DNA of 64,000 bases, from the NCBI RefSeq assembly GCF_947568905.1, contig NC_079168.1, positions 36,146,001-36,210,000 on the forward strand, in the 5' to 3' direction. The notes beneath the pieces were generated by a model. It was not told the origin of the DNA, made no database searches, and worked only from the letters and a program-made list of their open reading frames with translations. The stretch is from Ostrea edulis. Its lineage: Eukaryota. Position 1 is the stretch's first letter. Each line of letters begins with the position of its first letter. A program made the position numbers and the translations under genes. This document shows positions 52,656-64,000 of this stretch, piece after piece.

Positions 52656-52949
52656 GATCAGTTTGAAAGGCAAAACAACTTCTATTCAACCAAGGCCAGT
52701 TGCTCAACTTTATTTCATGATTGCGACAAGGTATATAACACACGACTGCATTATTTTATATAATATATGCAGTTACAACAACAAGAACAATGTAACAATA
52801 TCAACAAGGATGATCAACATTATAAATAATGCTTGCATTCATATACGATTTACATAAATATAGGAGAGATATCCTTAACACTAATAAATAAAGATAACAA
52901 GCAAATACAAACTCAACAATATCCGGTCCCGCCAATTTATAATAACATC

Positions 52950-53552
52950 CTATTCCTCCATGTGAAAGTTTGGAACAACGTGGTCGGAGTCGGAACACGA
53001 GGACAAGATTCTCTCCTCATCGGAATCATAGAACGACCCGTTCAAGTCTGGAACACGTCGATCCCTGTTCTGAATTCTGTTTCTCGTGTAAACATCATCA
53101 TCTATGGGATTCCATCTGACGACATTTATATTTGCACTCTGATTCTCAATCTGTTCTTCCATTTGCATATCTCCTGTTTCACTGTCCGACTGGCTCAGCT
53201 CATCATCTGATATCCGTTGGTTCAAATGATCGTTTGCATCGTTAAAAACTTCTTCGGATGGTACAATTTCGATCGGAGGATAAACCATGCCTCCTGGTAT
53301 GTTGTCCGATCCCTGCAAAGTAATGGAGGAAAACGGTACGTTGTGGTCAACTTCATCCGATAAAGATTCTGAACAAAAGAGGTCACAACCTTCTACATCC
53401 GGCACTAAATCTCCGACATCGTCATTGACGTCGAACATTTCATGAAGGTTAAACTGAGTCTCTCCAGATTCAAGAGCAAAGCCTTTGTTCGATTGACTTG
53501 GTCCATCTTCTATCACATGAGTATCATCAAAATTCAAGGGAAGAATTTTCAT
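52950..53552 (-). CDS. Uncharacterised acidic, low-complexity 200-aa ORF with a possible spliced 5' UTR
   Basis: A 603-bp ORF in otherwise AT-rich DNA, rich in D/E/S. A candidate GT-AG intron 53569-53740 lies upstream. No recognisable domain. Confidence 0.45.
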   Translation of the reverse strand: MKILPLNFDDTHVIEDGPSQSNKGFALESGETQFNLHEMFDVNDDVGDLVPDVEGCDLFCSESLSDEVDHNVPFSSITLQGSDNIPGGMVYPPIEIVPSEEVFNDANDHLNQRISDDELSQSDSETGDMQMEEQIENQSANINVVRWNPIDDDVYTRNRIQNRDRRVPDLNGSFYDSDEERILSSCSDSDHVVPNFHMEE

Positions 53553-55466
53553 CTTTGCACATCAAATCCTACATTTAAAAAATATAACATTCTAAAAAGT
53601 ATATTTACGTATTAAGCGGAACATGAATAGTACATATGCTACGTGTTTGTGTATACATTCAAAATATTGAATTTCGTTCACATATCAGACCCGTACTTAG
53701 TATAATGCATACAAAAAAGTAATTAGAACTCAACTGTTACTTGAATTCAGTAGAGGAAAAATAAAATTCACGGTAGATCTACTGTGGGAAAGACGAACAG
53801 TGTATTGTAGAGAGCGATCCAGTTTGTCAAAAATGAAATCTGAGAAAAGGAAGTTATCAAGGTTGCCTTTATTACCAGAACAAAATCATAAACGGAAATG
53901 TAAATTGTAAATTTATAAATTATGGGAAAATAAAATTTGAAAATTTTCAGTTCTAGTTCTTTGATGTCAAAACCAGTGCTTAAATGAGGTTATGCTGTTT
54001 AAGCCAACTTTGAAGGTTAATTTCAACATTGTAAATAATAAATCATAGGTTCGAAATGAAAAGTCAATGAAAAATTCATATCCAAAAGTACGACAAAAAC
54101 TTGATAAAACAATCTGATTTTTTCAGAAAAAATGTTCTCTCCTATAGGTCTTTTCTTTCGTTACCCTGAATTCTTCATCTTTTAAGTGTGTCTGATGATT
54201 ATAAAGAGTTAGGAAGATGATCGTGAAAAAGATAATGAATATCGTTTTTGTTGATTATTGTGTATTGTTTTATCACCGAGTGTCAGTCGATATTCACATA
54301 AAATGTAATGTTTTTGCTACAAACCCCCATAAAACCGACATAATTCTAGTTCAAAATATCGGCTAGGTGATAAATAAGATAAAATGATTCATATGAATAA
54401 CATATTTTATAAAATATATGTTCTTTAGTCTTTACAGTTAAGTTTCTGGATTTCTAATAGGCGATGAAACTAAACTTCTCTTTAGAATTTCTTTAACAAT
54501 ATATTTTATCGGCTATCCCAAACATGAAAACCAAATTGCATTTTAACGATAATTATCTTAATTAAAAACTCAAACCATACCTTGTTTTCTGAAATACATT
54601 CGAATAAGCTACACTTCGTCACTTGGAAGCAGACGACAGTATTTACAATTCAGTGCATAACGAACCCGAGATTCTTGATTTCTCATGATGTTTACTTTTA
54701 GTTTATTGCATCTTATAAGAATATAATATGCATTTATATAATTATTTATAGTTTCTGGGATGTTGTACAAAGATCTATTGAATAACGTGCTCATGGACTA
54801 AGGAGCATTTAGTCTAATTATTTTTGCCACACCACCATACATATCACGTGATCAATTCAACATCCGGTTTTGCGGCGATCATCACTAAAGACTAGATAAT
54901 TTGATACATTGCAATGTATTCAGAAGAGGAGGACGATATATAGATATTTATTAACAGTTAACGTGTTAAAAGTCGTAGGAAAACCTATGCATTGAGCAGG
55001 TTCAGGTGTGAGATCAAATAAAAGTCAGGACCCAGTGCAACAAGGGAAGACAATCCTTGCTACTGGCACTTATCACTATCAGAAGTCGACAAATTTTGAA
55101 CAACAGACGCCTGTGATTTCTACCCTCATTTCCTGGTACGTTTCCAGATGCATTCATTTCATTAATATGTTGACAGTGTTACTGCTAGATGAGCGCAAGT
55201 GCGTCAGAATGTAAAATTTAAACCATGTGCTCTGATCTTCAGCATTAGTCTGATTAGAATAATTCAGCTCTCTCCGATGTTATTTTTTATTCCAGATGAC
55301 GTTTTCGCGAAAGGTCTACAATTCCATAGGATCTTCGTAATGGTGCAAAATATTTTTATGAATAACATGTAATAAACTCCGTGTATTCGTCTCCCAAGAG
55401 TACCAACTTTGTGCTTGGGCATGTCTAATAAATGGATAAATGTCGTGTACATTGTGCAGCATGATA

Positions 55467-56242
55467 CAGGGTTCCAACTTCGATTTAATACCTTAGGGGC
55501 CAAGTGGGCCCCTGAATAAGAAATACTGTTAGCCCACATGAAATTTTAGTAGCCCACACATATCATGAAATTGAATAACATGGTTTCTTTACAAGAAAAA
55601 AGAAATGCCAGGTCACATTGCAATTTATAAATTAAAAAATTAAAATATCAAATATTTAAATTCTGTTTCCTTCTCCGTAATTCTTTCGAATACCTCTCTC
55701 ATTTCCACTCTCATTTCATCAACCTAGCAAAAATATCAGAGTTCAAGGACTTTTTTATCTTTGCAGCGTCTGACTTTAACACACATTTCTTCAGACTTTT
55801 TATGTGATTTCAAAATTTCTCAGCTTTACGATGCTGTCAAGTTTATAACTTGGGCAAGCTGTCACAACGATTGGACCTTTCGTCGCATGTTTTGTACACA
55901 CAGCACATCATCCCCTTTTCGCCATCATCGAACCATATTCTCCCCTTCTTTCCACTTTGGTAAAAGCAGACGCTTTCTTTTCGTTTGAAGTAACCCTTGC
56001 ATTGTTCAACTTCTGGTTTAAATACATTTGGAAGGTTTGATACCCCAGGAATGTCTCGCCAAGTGACAAAACCTCAACCGGAAATTGAACTTCAATTATA
56101 ATAGGACTCGGATTGGTTGGAAAGAAAAATGTTGATCAGACAATTACGGTCGCCATGTGGACGATGAGAACGGAAATTTTGGGTGCCCACAAGCAAAGAT
56201 TAGTCGCCAATGCGAGTGGGCGAGTGGTAATTTGGAACCCTG
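55467..56242 (-). mobile_element. hAT-like deletion derivative with 6-bp TSD and degenerate TTF-type zinc-finger remnant
   Basis: TIR CAGGGTTCCAA / TTGGAACCCTG; ATGATA duplicated at 55461-66 and 56243-48. A frame-broken minus-strand peptide KRKRLLLPKWKEG...DGEKGMMC..CTKHATKGPIVVTACPSYKLDSIVK resembles hAT transposase N-termini. Confidence 0.75.
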
Positions 56243-56594
56243 ATGATAAGAGTCTTCGTTTGTTCCACCATGCTTGTTATTACAAGATCTTGTAGGTGGA
56301 TGTACTGAAAACCCTAAACATTGACAATCAGCGTGAAAATGTAGTTATTCGAGCCATTCCAACAAAGAAAGGAAAATCATGGTGTCAGAAAAAAATTACA
56401 CTCTGCTGTTTGTTTTTCAACTTGATATCAAATTTAGATCTTTTCATAACTGACGAAATTGCTTTCTACTCCGTACTCATCCATTAATGTAAACACTACC
56501 TTGTATAGGCCTATGCAAATAACTTGACAATTAAACATGGCGCATAAATATGAATTGAGAAATTGGAATAGGGCATACCTAATTTAAGACCTAT

Positions 56595-57160
56595 ATGGGT
56601 AATTGAAGACCTACAGAAGACTTGCAGAAGACCTAAAAAATGTGAGCTGTATACATGAAAACTAATATGATTTTCTGATTAAACATGTCTCAAGTATTAA
56701 TAAACACAAACAATTTTGATAGAATTAAGTTTTAAATTGTATTTATACAACTAGGTATGGGGAACAATTTTTTTCTCTTAGACGACCTAGCACAAGAACG
56801 ATAACTCATGTAAATATATATCTACAAATTAGCTGTTCAGTTGTTAATCATTTCATTTTAATATACAATTTTAAAACATTTTTTTCTGTTCTTTTAAAAA
56901 AGAAAATAAAAGATTAACAATTGAACAGCTGATTTGTAGGTATGACATGTATGCGAGGTGTTGTTCTTTTCTACGAGAGAAAAATAGTTTCCCCTACTGA
57001 GCTTTGAAAATACACTTTAAAATTTATTGTTATCAAATTTTTTTGTTTAAATTAGATATTTGAGACATGCTTAATGAAAAAATCATATTAGTTTTGATAT
57101 ATATAGCCTATAATTTTGTAAGTCTTCGGTAGTTCTTCAGTTACCTGTAGGTTTTCAATT
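56595..57160. repeat. Foldback element with ~270-bp imperfect inverted arms
   Basis: aattgaagacctacag...aaaactaatatgatttt...catgtctcaa...ctacaaattagctgttcagttgttaatc is mirrored on the right half. Confidence 0.7.
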
Positions 57161-58408
57161 AAAACCTTTTCAATACCGACGAAATTGCTTTTTACTCCAT
57201 ACTTGTCCATTGATGTAAACACTACCTCGTAATGTATTGGCATACAGTGCAAATGACTTGACAATTAAACATGGCGCAAAAATATAAATTGAGAAATTGG
57301 AATCTGTCGAAATTGTTAAAAACGTTAGAATAGTGCCTCACAAATCATAAATTGCAGGTGTAAATTTAGATATTGACTATTAAAGAAACAGAATATCATT
57401 TTATTTATTTATGTAAAGAAAGCCAGCAAATGTTTAGAATGATCAAAAATGTTGCGGGAGTGATTCACTCCCACATCTGCACCATTACAGAGATCCTAAG
57501 GAAATGAAGCCCTTGAACTTGAGATCTGCCATTCACCAGCCTAATGCTTTGACCACTGAGCTACGATGATAGACAAACAAATTGATCGATACAAATAATT
57601 TCACAAAACAATTAAATCGTTTAATAATTGCCATCTTGTGACATAGTGTCATAAAGAGTATAAGCTTTAGCGCAGTGAGCTACCTTAAATGATTGAATAA
57701 ATCAGAGCTTTCTAATTTGCCAATCCAACAAACTAGAAAAAAAAATACAACAATATATTTACCTCCATATGCCTTCAAGGTGAATGTAACATTTGATCAG
57801 ACCAAAAATATATTCTGAAATACAAATACATGTAGATACGATTGATTATTGTCTGGTTGTACAACAAAAACTTGTGTCTAATCACTATTGGCTTGGTCAT
57901 GCTGTAAACAAAAATGGCTGACATGGAATAAGCTCCTGTAACCAGTTTATTCAATCAAATTTTCAAACAATTATTGATATTACTGTGGTCAATACAATGA
58001 CTTAGCCGGTACCTCAAAGTACAATATTCACCTCGCAGTCTTGGCTCGATGAATATTGTACTCCTCAGGTAGTGATAGCATTGTATTGACCTTAGAAATG
58101 TCAGTAATTGTATTGACTGTGCTTTCTGCCAGCTGGATGCAGTTTTGATTAGATATCTGTGATATTGCAGTATTTAGTAAGGTACTGGACTATTAGATGT
58201 AATAGGAAATACTTTAGATTAGAAGAAATTGTAGATTTGTACAATTCGAATTAAAAGATTTATGAATTTAGTGTACGGTAAGTGCTCCTAAGTATGTATA
58301 GGGTTGTCTTATTTAAATTAAAACAAGTTAATGAGATATTCGTGCTTTAAACACTTTTTCTGTTGACAGTTCATCTTCATTAACTGTTAAGAAGACCAGA
58401 ACTTAAAG

Positions 58409-61400
58409 ATGTGGCATGAGGCTAGAAAACAAGAGAAGAAGATCAGGGGTCTTATGGTGGATTATAAAAAGAGAGCAGAGAGACGAAGAGAATATTATGA
58501 AAAAATAGTATGTATCAATATTAGTAAATGTTCAATGTATAACTTGCATGTATTGCTACTGTTCTTCTAAGTGTTGAATTTATATCTAACATATTTTTAC
58601 TTGTTGTTATTTGCAGAAGCTTGATCCAACCCAGTTTTTGAGGGTGTATGGGCGACCTGTAAAGGTGAATTTAGATCCTGCAGTTGCTATTGCAGCAGAG
58701 AGTCCACAGAGCATGTTAGTATTTCAAACTCGTCTCTAAATGTATGTTGTATATATATTTGTAGCAAGGTAGTCACAAGGGATTGAGGGTCAGGTCCTAA
58801 AGATTTTCTTTATTTTCATTCAGTTTGCCATTTGTATCCATCTATAAATGAAAATTTGTGTTTGTTGCATTTGAAAATCATCAAAAACTTCAACAACTGA
58901 GAATCTCACTAAATTGATAAATGTTACATTTTAAAATGTTACACAATGACTAGATCTACCTGTAGTAACTTAGTCAAACGTATCTTGACATTTCACTGAC
59001 AATCCAGAACTTTATATGAAAATTATTAGCCCTCAGCTATATGGTGGGTGCACTATAAGTAATCTGTCATACCATATATCTGTCTGTCCATCAGCACTTT
59101 CTATGATACACCATAACTTGAACCTCCTTGGGAAGAATTTTGTACATGATAATTGAATTAGGCAGAGGAGGAGCCTTTTGTTTACTTTATCATTACAGAG
59201 TTAAGGGACTTTAATTTTTAAAATATTTAGTATTACATGTACTAACATAATAGCACTTTCTATGACACACAGTAACTTGAGATTACTTGAGAAGATTTTT
59301 GCATATTTGAGGTAATGCTTTGATTAGGAAGACCCTATTTGATTTTCAGATTTATCAGTTTTGTTATTTCAGAGTTATAGGACTTTAAGTTTTTTAATTT
59401 TAATTAATTAGATGACAGCACTTTCTGTGGCATGTCAGAGTTCGAAATTAACTTTTTCAAGCACTAGTCCGTACGGACTGGTCACTATTGATGTTCACTA
59501 GTCCGCAAAGTATTTCACTAGTCCGTCCAGTATGAGAGGTGAAGATAACGAACAGTGATCAATCTCATAACTCCTATAAGCAATACAAAATAGATAGTGG
59601 GGCAAACAAGTATATCATATTTAATGATCTTCATTTTATTCAATAGTATTTAATTAAATCAAACACATCACATTTGCAAGCAATTCAGTTTCTGACACCC
59701 ACAGAAGAAAAACACCCCCATACTTTATTTTGCATTCAAGATCTTCAGAAGCATACAGTAACCTCCGAGTTAATCCTTTTATAAACATCCATAAGTGCGT
59801 TTGACATTAACATTCTCGTTGTTTTCGTGCACAGTTCTTAGAGTCACAGGAGTTCGAAATTTTATCAAAAAAGTCAATAAAATTCACTCGATTAACCAAG
59901 CCATGAGCTATAGTGTTACGAACTCCTGTGTTAGAGTCACGAATGACGAGAACATGTGCGCACAAACGTGCTTGTTCTTAGATCACACTACTTGCAGTTC
60001 TTGAACCTCGAATCTTTTCTCGTGATGCGTACTCGGAGTTTGGAATCGGCAAGAATTTGTGCTTGTTCGAAGAACGGCGGTCTCGAACGCACTCCATGTG
60101 TTTGGAAGATCAGGATATCATAGTCAAGCAAATACTTAACCATGCAGGTAATCGACCATAAGTTCAAACATCTATGAGACTCGGACAAATCTTGCTAAAA
60201 TCTTAACCAATTCAAGATTGATTTCCAGATTTTCACTAGTCCGTATGAACTAGTGCTATAGAGAGTTTATTAGTCAGACACGTTTTTTACTAGTCTCGGA
60301 CTTACGGACATGAAGTAATTTCGAACCCTGCATGTGATATCTTTGAGTTCAGAAAAACATTAAGGGTTGATGTACCAGCCATGGCAATTTAACTACCTGA
60401 CCAGATCAGTGCTTCCCAATGTCTTCTGGTACTTACTGGACATTTGGTCCAGTATAAATGGTTGATTTATTACTGGACCATATCACATTTTACCAGACCA
60501 AAATTTTATATGCAAAATAATCCCCTCTTGTGGCCACACCCTACCCTTGGGGGTCATGGTTTTGACAAACTTGAATTTACACTATATCAGGAAGCTTAAA
60601 ATTTCATGTAAATTTTTAAAGATCCCTACCCTATTGCCACCCTACCCTACCCCCGGGGGCCATGATTTTAACAATTAAAATGTCAGGAAGTTTTCATGTA
60701 AATTTGAACTTTCTGGCCCAGAATGGCATCGGCTACGTACTTTATTAGCCCAAGCATTTCACTTTAGATTCGTCAGTGGAGTAAACTTTTCCAACCTGTG
60801 TTCAACACCAGTGTTATGAAATACACGTTTTTTTTAAACTCGAACAATTTGCGTAACTCAAATGCAAATTGTTCAATCAAACGTGTGCGTGCCCATGTTG
60901 TTCAAGTACTTCTTGATCAAAGTATAGTTTAATTAAATGCTTTATTTACATGTTATTTATTACCTAATTAAAACGCTTCAAAGACGTCTGTAGTTTCACG
61001 GGATATTGCTCAATTGTATTATCACCCTCTCAGGGGGAATTGAAGACGATTGCAAGTTTGATAAATATTTGAGTTAAACGTAGACACGTTTTCTGTTTGC
61101 AATGACTAAAAAACAAATAAATTTTGGGACATGCTGCTTAAAATTGAAAATTTATCTAATTATGTATTTCATTGGGGGGAAAATTATCGGACACTTGGTC
61201 CGGCCAACAACTAATATTGATCGGACCACAACAAAAATTACCAGACATTTGCCAATGTCCGACGGACCTTCGGAATCAATGCCAGATGCATGTAGTTCAA
61301 TTAATAGAGCACCTGATGGATAATGTTCATTAACGAGCCTTTTCTGACTTCTCAGTTTTCTAGTTTCAATTTTATCATTTAGCAGACATTGTGGAAATTA

Positions 61401-63005
61401 TTTAGGTCATGTAGCATTTGTCCACATGTCTGTAATTGCTGCTTGTGTTTATTTACACTGTCACTAATTGTATGCATCCTTGACATGTCCCAGGTTTGAT
61501 ATCTCCACTGAACTCATGGCTTAGTAATGAATGTCTCAGTGCACATTGAATATGGGTTTCATGTGTGAATATCTCATTTAGTCTTTAAAATATAAATAGG
61601 ACCGATTACATTCATTTTATGGAAGAACTTAGAAGACTTATCCTTTTCAATATTTTATGAAATATTATACTTCGATTGCCATCTAATGAAAGTTGGTGAG
61701 ATTGTTATCTCCTGCCAGAGAACATTTTTAGCCGAGTTGCAACGAAGTTGAACTCGGCTATTGGTTTGGTGATGTGGGCGGGCGGGTTGGCGGGCGTCAA
61801 CAATTGGTTTCCGGATGATAACTCGAAAAGTTTACAATCTAACCAAATGAAACTTTGATATATTGTTGGGTACCAGGTAAGGAAGACCCCTATTGATTTT
61901 GGAGAAAAATTGTCAAAGGTGAAGGTCACAGTGACTGAAAATTTCAGAAAAATTTGGTTTCTGGATGATAACTCAGAAAGTTTAAATCTGAATCAAATGA
62001 AACTTTGATATATTGTTGGGTACCAGGTAAGGAAGACCCCTATTGATTTTGGAGAAAAAAGGTCAAAGTTCAAGGTCACAGTGACCGAATATAGAATGAA
62101 AATTTCAGAAATATTTGGTTTCTGGATGATAACTCAGAAAGTTTAAATCCGAATCAAATGATACTTAAAGATATTGTTATGTACCAGGTAAGGAAGACCC
62201 CTATTGATTTTGGAGAAAATGGGTCAAAGGTCAAGGTCACAGTGACCGAAAATAGATTTAAAATTTAAAAAAAAAAAATTAGTTTCCGGAGAATAACTTG
62301 AAATTTTTTAATTTGAATCAAATGAAACTTGGTTATATTGTTGGATACCAGCAAAGCAAGGCCCCTATTGATTTTGGAGAAAAAAGTCAAAGGTCAAGGT
62401 CACAGTGACCAAAAATAGATTGAAAACTTCAGACAAATATGGTTTCTGGACAGTAACTTGAAAAGTTTAAAACTGAAATTAGTTCTTCACAATTATAAAT
62501 ATGCCACATCATTCCTGACTTTACAATGTATCCCATGCAACTCAGCTTATGCACCCCTGGGTGCATATATTGATTTTTAATTATTTCAATCTATGAAAAT
62601 CTCTGGACAGTTTGTAAAAAATCACATGTATATCTTTTATGTAATGATATAAACTAGTAATTTGTTTATTTGGCATGTTACTGCTTGATAATTTTTAATC
62701 ATGAATTGTAATTTCTATTGACAGGATGCCATGGCAGGGAGATAAAGAGAATATGATAGACAGATTTGATGTTAGAGCACATCTGGATATAATGCCCAAG
62801 TTCAATCTTGTAACTCCACCTATGTAAGATATTGTCTATGTATATATATGATTTTTTTCTTCCTGGTTTTAATGTATTTATGAGCCCTGAATCTAATAAC
62901 ATTTTCATGTTTTTGACAATAGATTGAGTCAGAGGGAGGAAGAGGAAGAGAGGAGAGCTAATTATGAAAGATATCGAACATTAGTGGAAAATGAATGTGC
63001 AGGCG
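58409..63005 (+). CDS. CLASRP: CLK4-associating serine/arginine-rich protein (SWAP-related), first 4 coding exons, continues beyond window
   Basis: Exons 58409-58507, 58617-58714, 62725-62823, 62923-63005 give MWHEARKQEKKIRGLMVDYKKRAERRREYYEKI/KLDPTQFLRVYGRPVKVNLDPAVAIAAESPQSM/MPWQGDKENMIDRFDVRAHLD.../...RRANYERYRTLVENECAG. This matches the conserved CLASRP N-terminus. Introns are GT-AG with consistent phases. Confidence 0.93.
59436..60330. mobile_element. hAT-like MITE with 5-bp TSD containing a Penelope-like 3' fragment
   Basis: TIR CAGAGTTCGAAATTA / TAATTTCGAACCCTG; CATGT duplicated at 59431-35 and 60331-35; subterminal actagtccg repeats. Confidence 0.78.
61725..62580 (-). mobile_element. 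HINE-like element with ~150-165-bp internal repeats (CLASRP intron 2)
   Basis: Terminal hairpin tagccgagttgcaacgaagttgaactcggcta, (ggcg)n microsatellite and 4-5 tandem units. It is an inverted relative of the copy at about 49870-50461. Confidence 0.75.
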
Positions 63006-63117
63006 GTAAGGAGTACTTTGGGATTAATAAAATGAGGCAATAACATGGATTGAATATTACTTAACGTCCCTCTCAAGAATATTTCCCTCATATGGAGACG
63101 TCACTATTACCGGTGAA

Positions 63118-63798
63118 CATCTTCGCAAGCCAAGTATCTGATTTGTATCCTCTCATCTCCCCCTTGGAGGATTTAGTCACATTTCTAAGCCTTCAAAATA
63201 TCGTGCTTTGACTTTACAAGGCATCCAATCAAATTGTGCCATACATACAGTTTAGTTTGGGTAATGGCGGCCCCCATGTCTAGCCCGAGTTGTCGTCTTT
63301 GCCATGGTACTTTGTATAAAAAAAACAAAGACAGACGATTTTCTGAGAAAGTTTTTGGGTTAATGATCAACTTCTAGAGATATTAAATTGATCATGTACA
63401 TGTACCTCACCCAAAGGATGGTATGTGCTGAAATAAACTGAACAAACTCAGAAAAATTGAGTACAATATGAAAACAAAAGTAGAAACGTTGAAATCTGAA
63501 TGGATGCTTTGATGTGTGATTTACTCTTTAAACGCAAAGGTGATTTGGGCGAACAGCAAGTATGGCATGCACATATAAATAAATAAAAAAAGAAACATTT
63601 TATTGTTTTCAACTGTCAACTCCCATTTTGTAAACACACACATGTAACAGAAATTATAATGTGTTATCTGATTGGTTACATTTTGTTTTCATCAAGAACG
63701 ATAACTCGCTCTATCCGTTAGATGGCAGATCAGTCGGGACTTAATCTGCCAAGGGGAAGATGAGAGTTAGTGAATTGGACACTTGGTTTGCAAAGATG
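63118..63798. mobile_element. TIR element with 9-bp TSD inserted in a SINE
   Basis: TIR CATCTTCGCAAGCCAAGT / ACTTGGTTTGCAAAGATG; flanks accggtgaa and gccggtgaa. The two halves of the host SINE join across it. Confidence 0.75.
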
Positions 63799-64000
63799 GC
63801 CGGTGAAGTGCTGCAAAATTTAGGACTATGCTCGGCACTTACGGCCTTTGAGCAGGGTATTGTGCCACACCTGCTGTGATATGGGGTCTCGGTTTTTGTG
63901 GTCTCATACGAAGGACCGCCCCATTTAGATTTATCCAAATGACATATTTAATATGTACAACTAGTTTTGAAATTCTTCCAGCATCAAGCATTTTTACAGA

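Noticed and set aside
57500-57570. tRNA-like sequence on the minus strand (tagctcagtggtcaaagc...gttcaag)
   Set aside because: A and B boxes are present but there is no intact cloverleaf; it is part of a dispersed repeat, not a tRNA gene.

Overview
AT-rich, intron-rich eukaryotic DNA, very probably an oyster (Ostreidae). This is inferred from a Helentron-type element carrying a ~166-bp HindIII/Cg170-like satellite array. Four host genes were reconstructed by hand from splice sites and recognisable protein sequence: NEMF/Rqc2 (minus, 27 exons seen, 3' end not resolved in the window), ECH1 (minus, complete, 8 exons, C-terminal SKL), an intronless RDH14-like SDR (plus, head-to-head with ECH1), and the first four coding exons of CLASRP (plus, runs off the window). 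The rest is dense, often nested TE debris: Helentron/HINE elements, hAT-like and pogo-like MITEs, a broken mariner, a Penelope-like RT, SINEs and palindromic mini-elements. Two observations stand out. (1) A 3.18-kb CCC...GGG element with a 2-bp TSD (EnSpm/CMC-like) has no visible transposase but carries a spliced, open BEN-domain gene, and has clustered palindromic CTCATGAG/CTCACGTGAG motifs at both ends. (2) Four NEMF intronic minisatellites are each anchored on a splice junction, one of them copying a full 3' splice site nine times with an in-frame stop behind every decoy. No database searches could be run; family names come from motif recognition.
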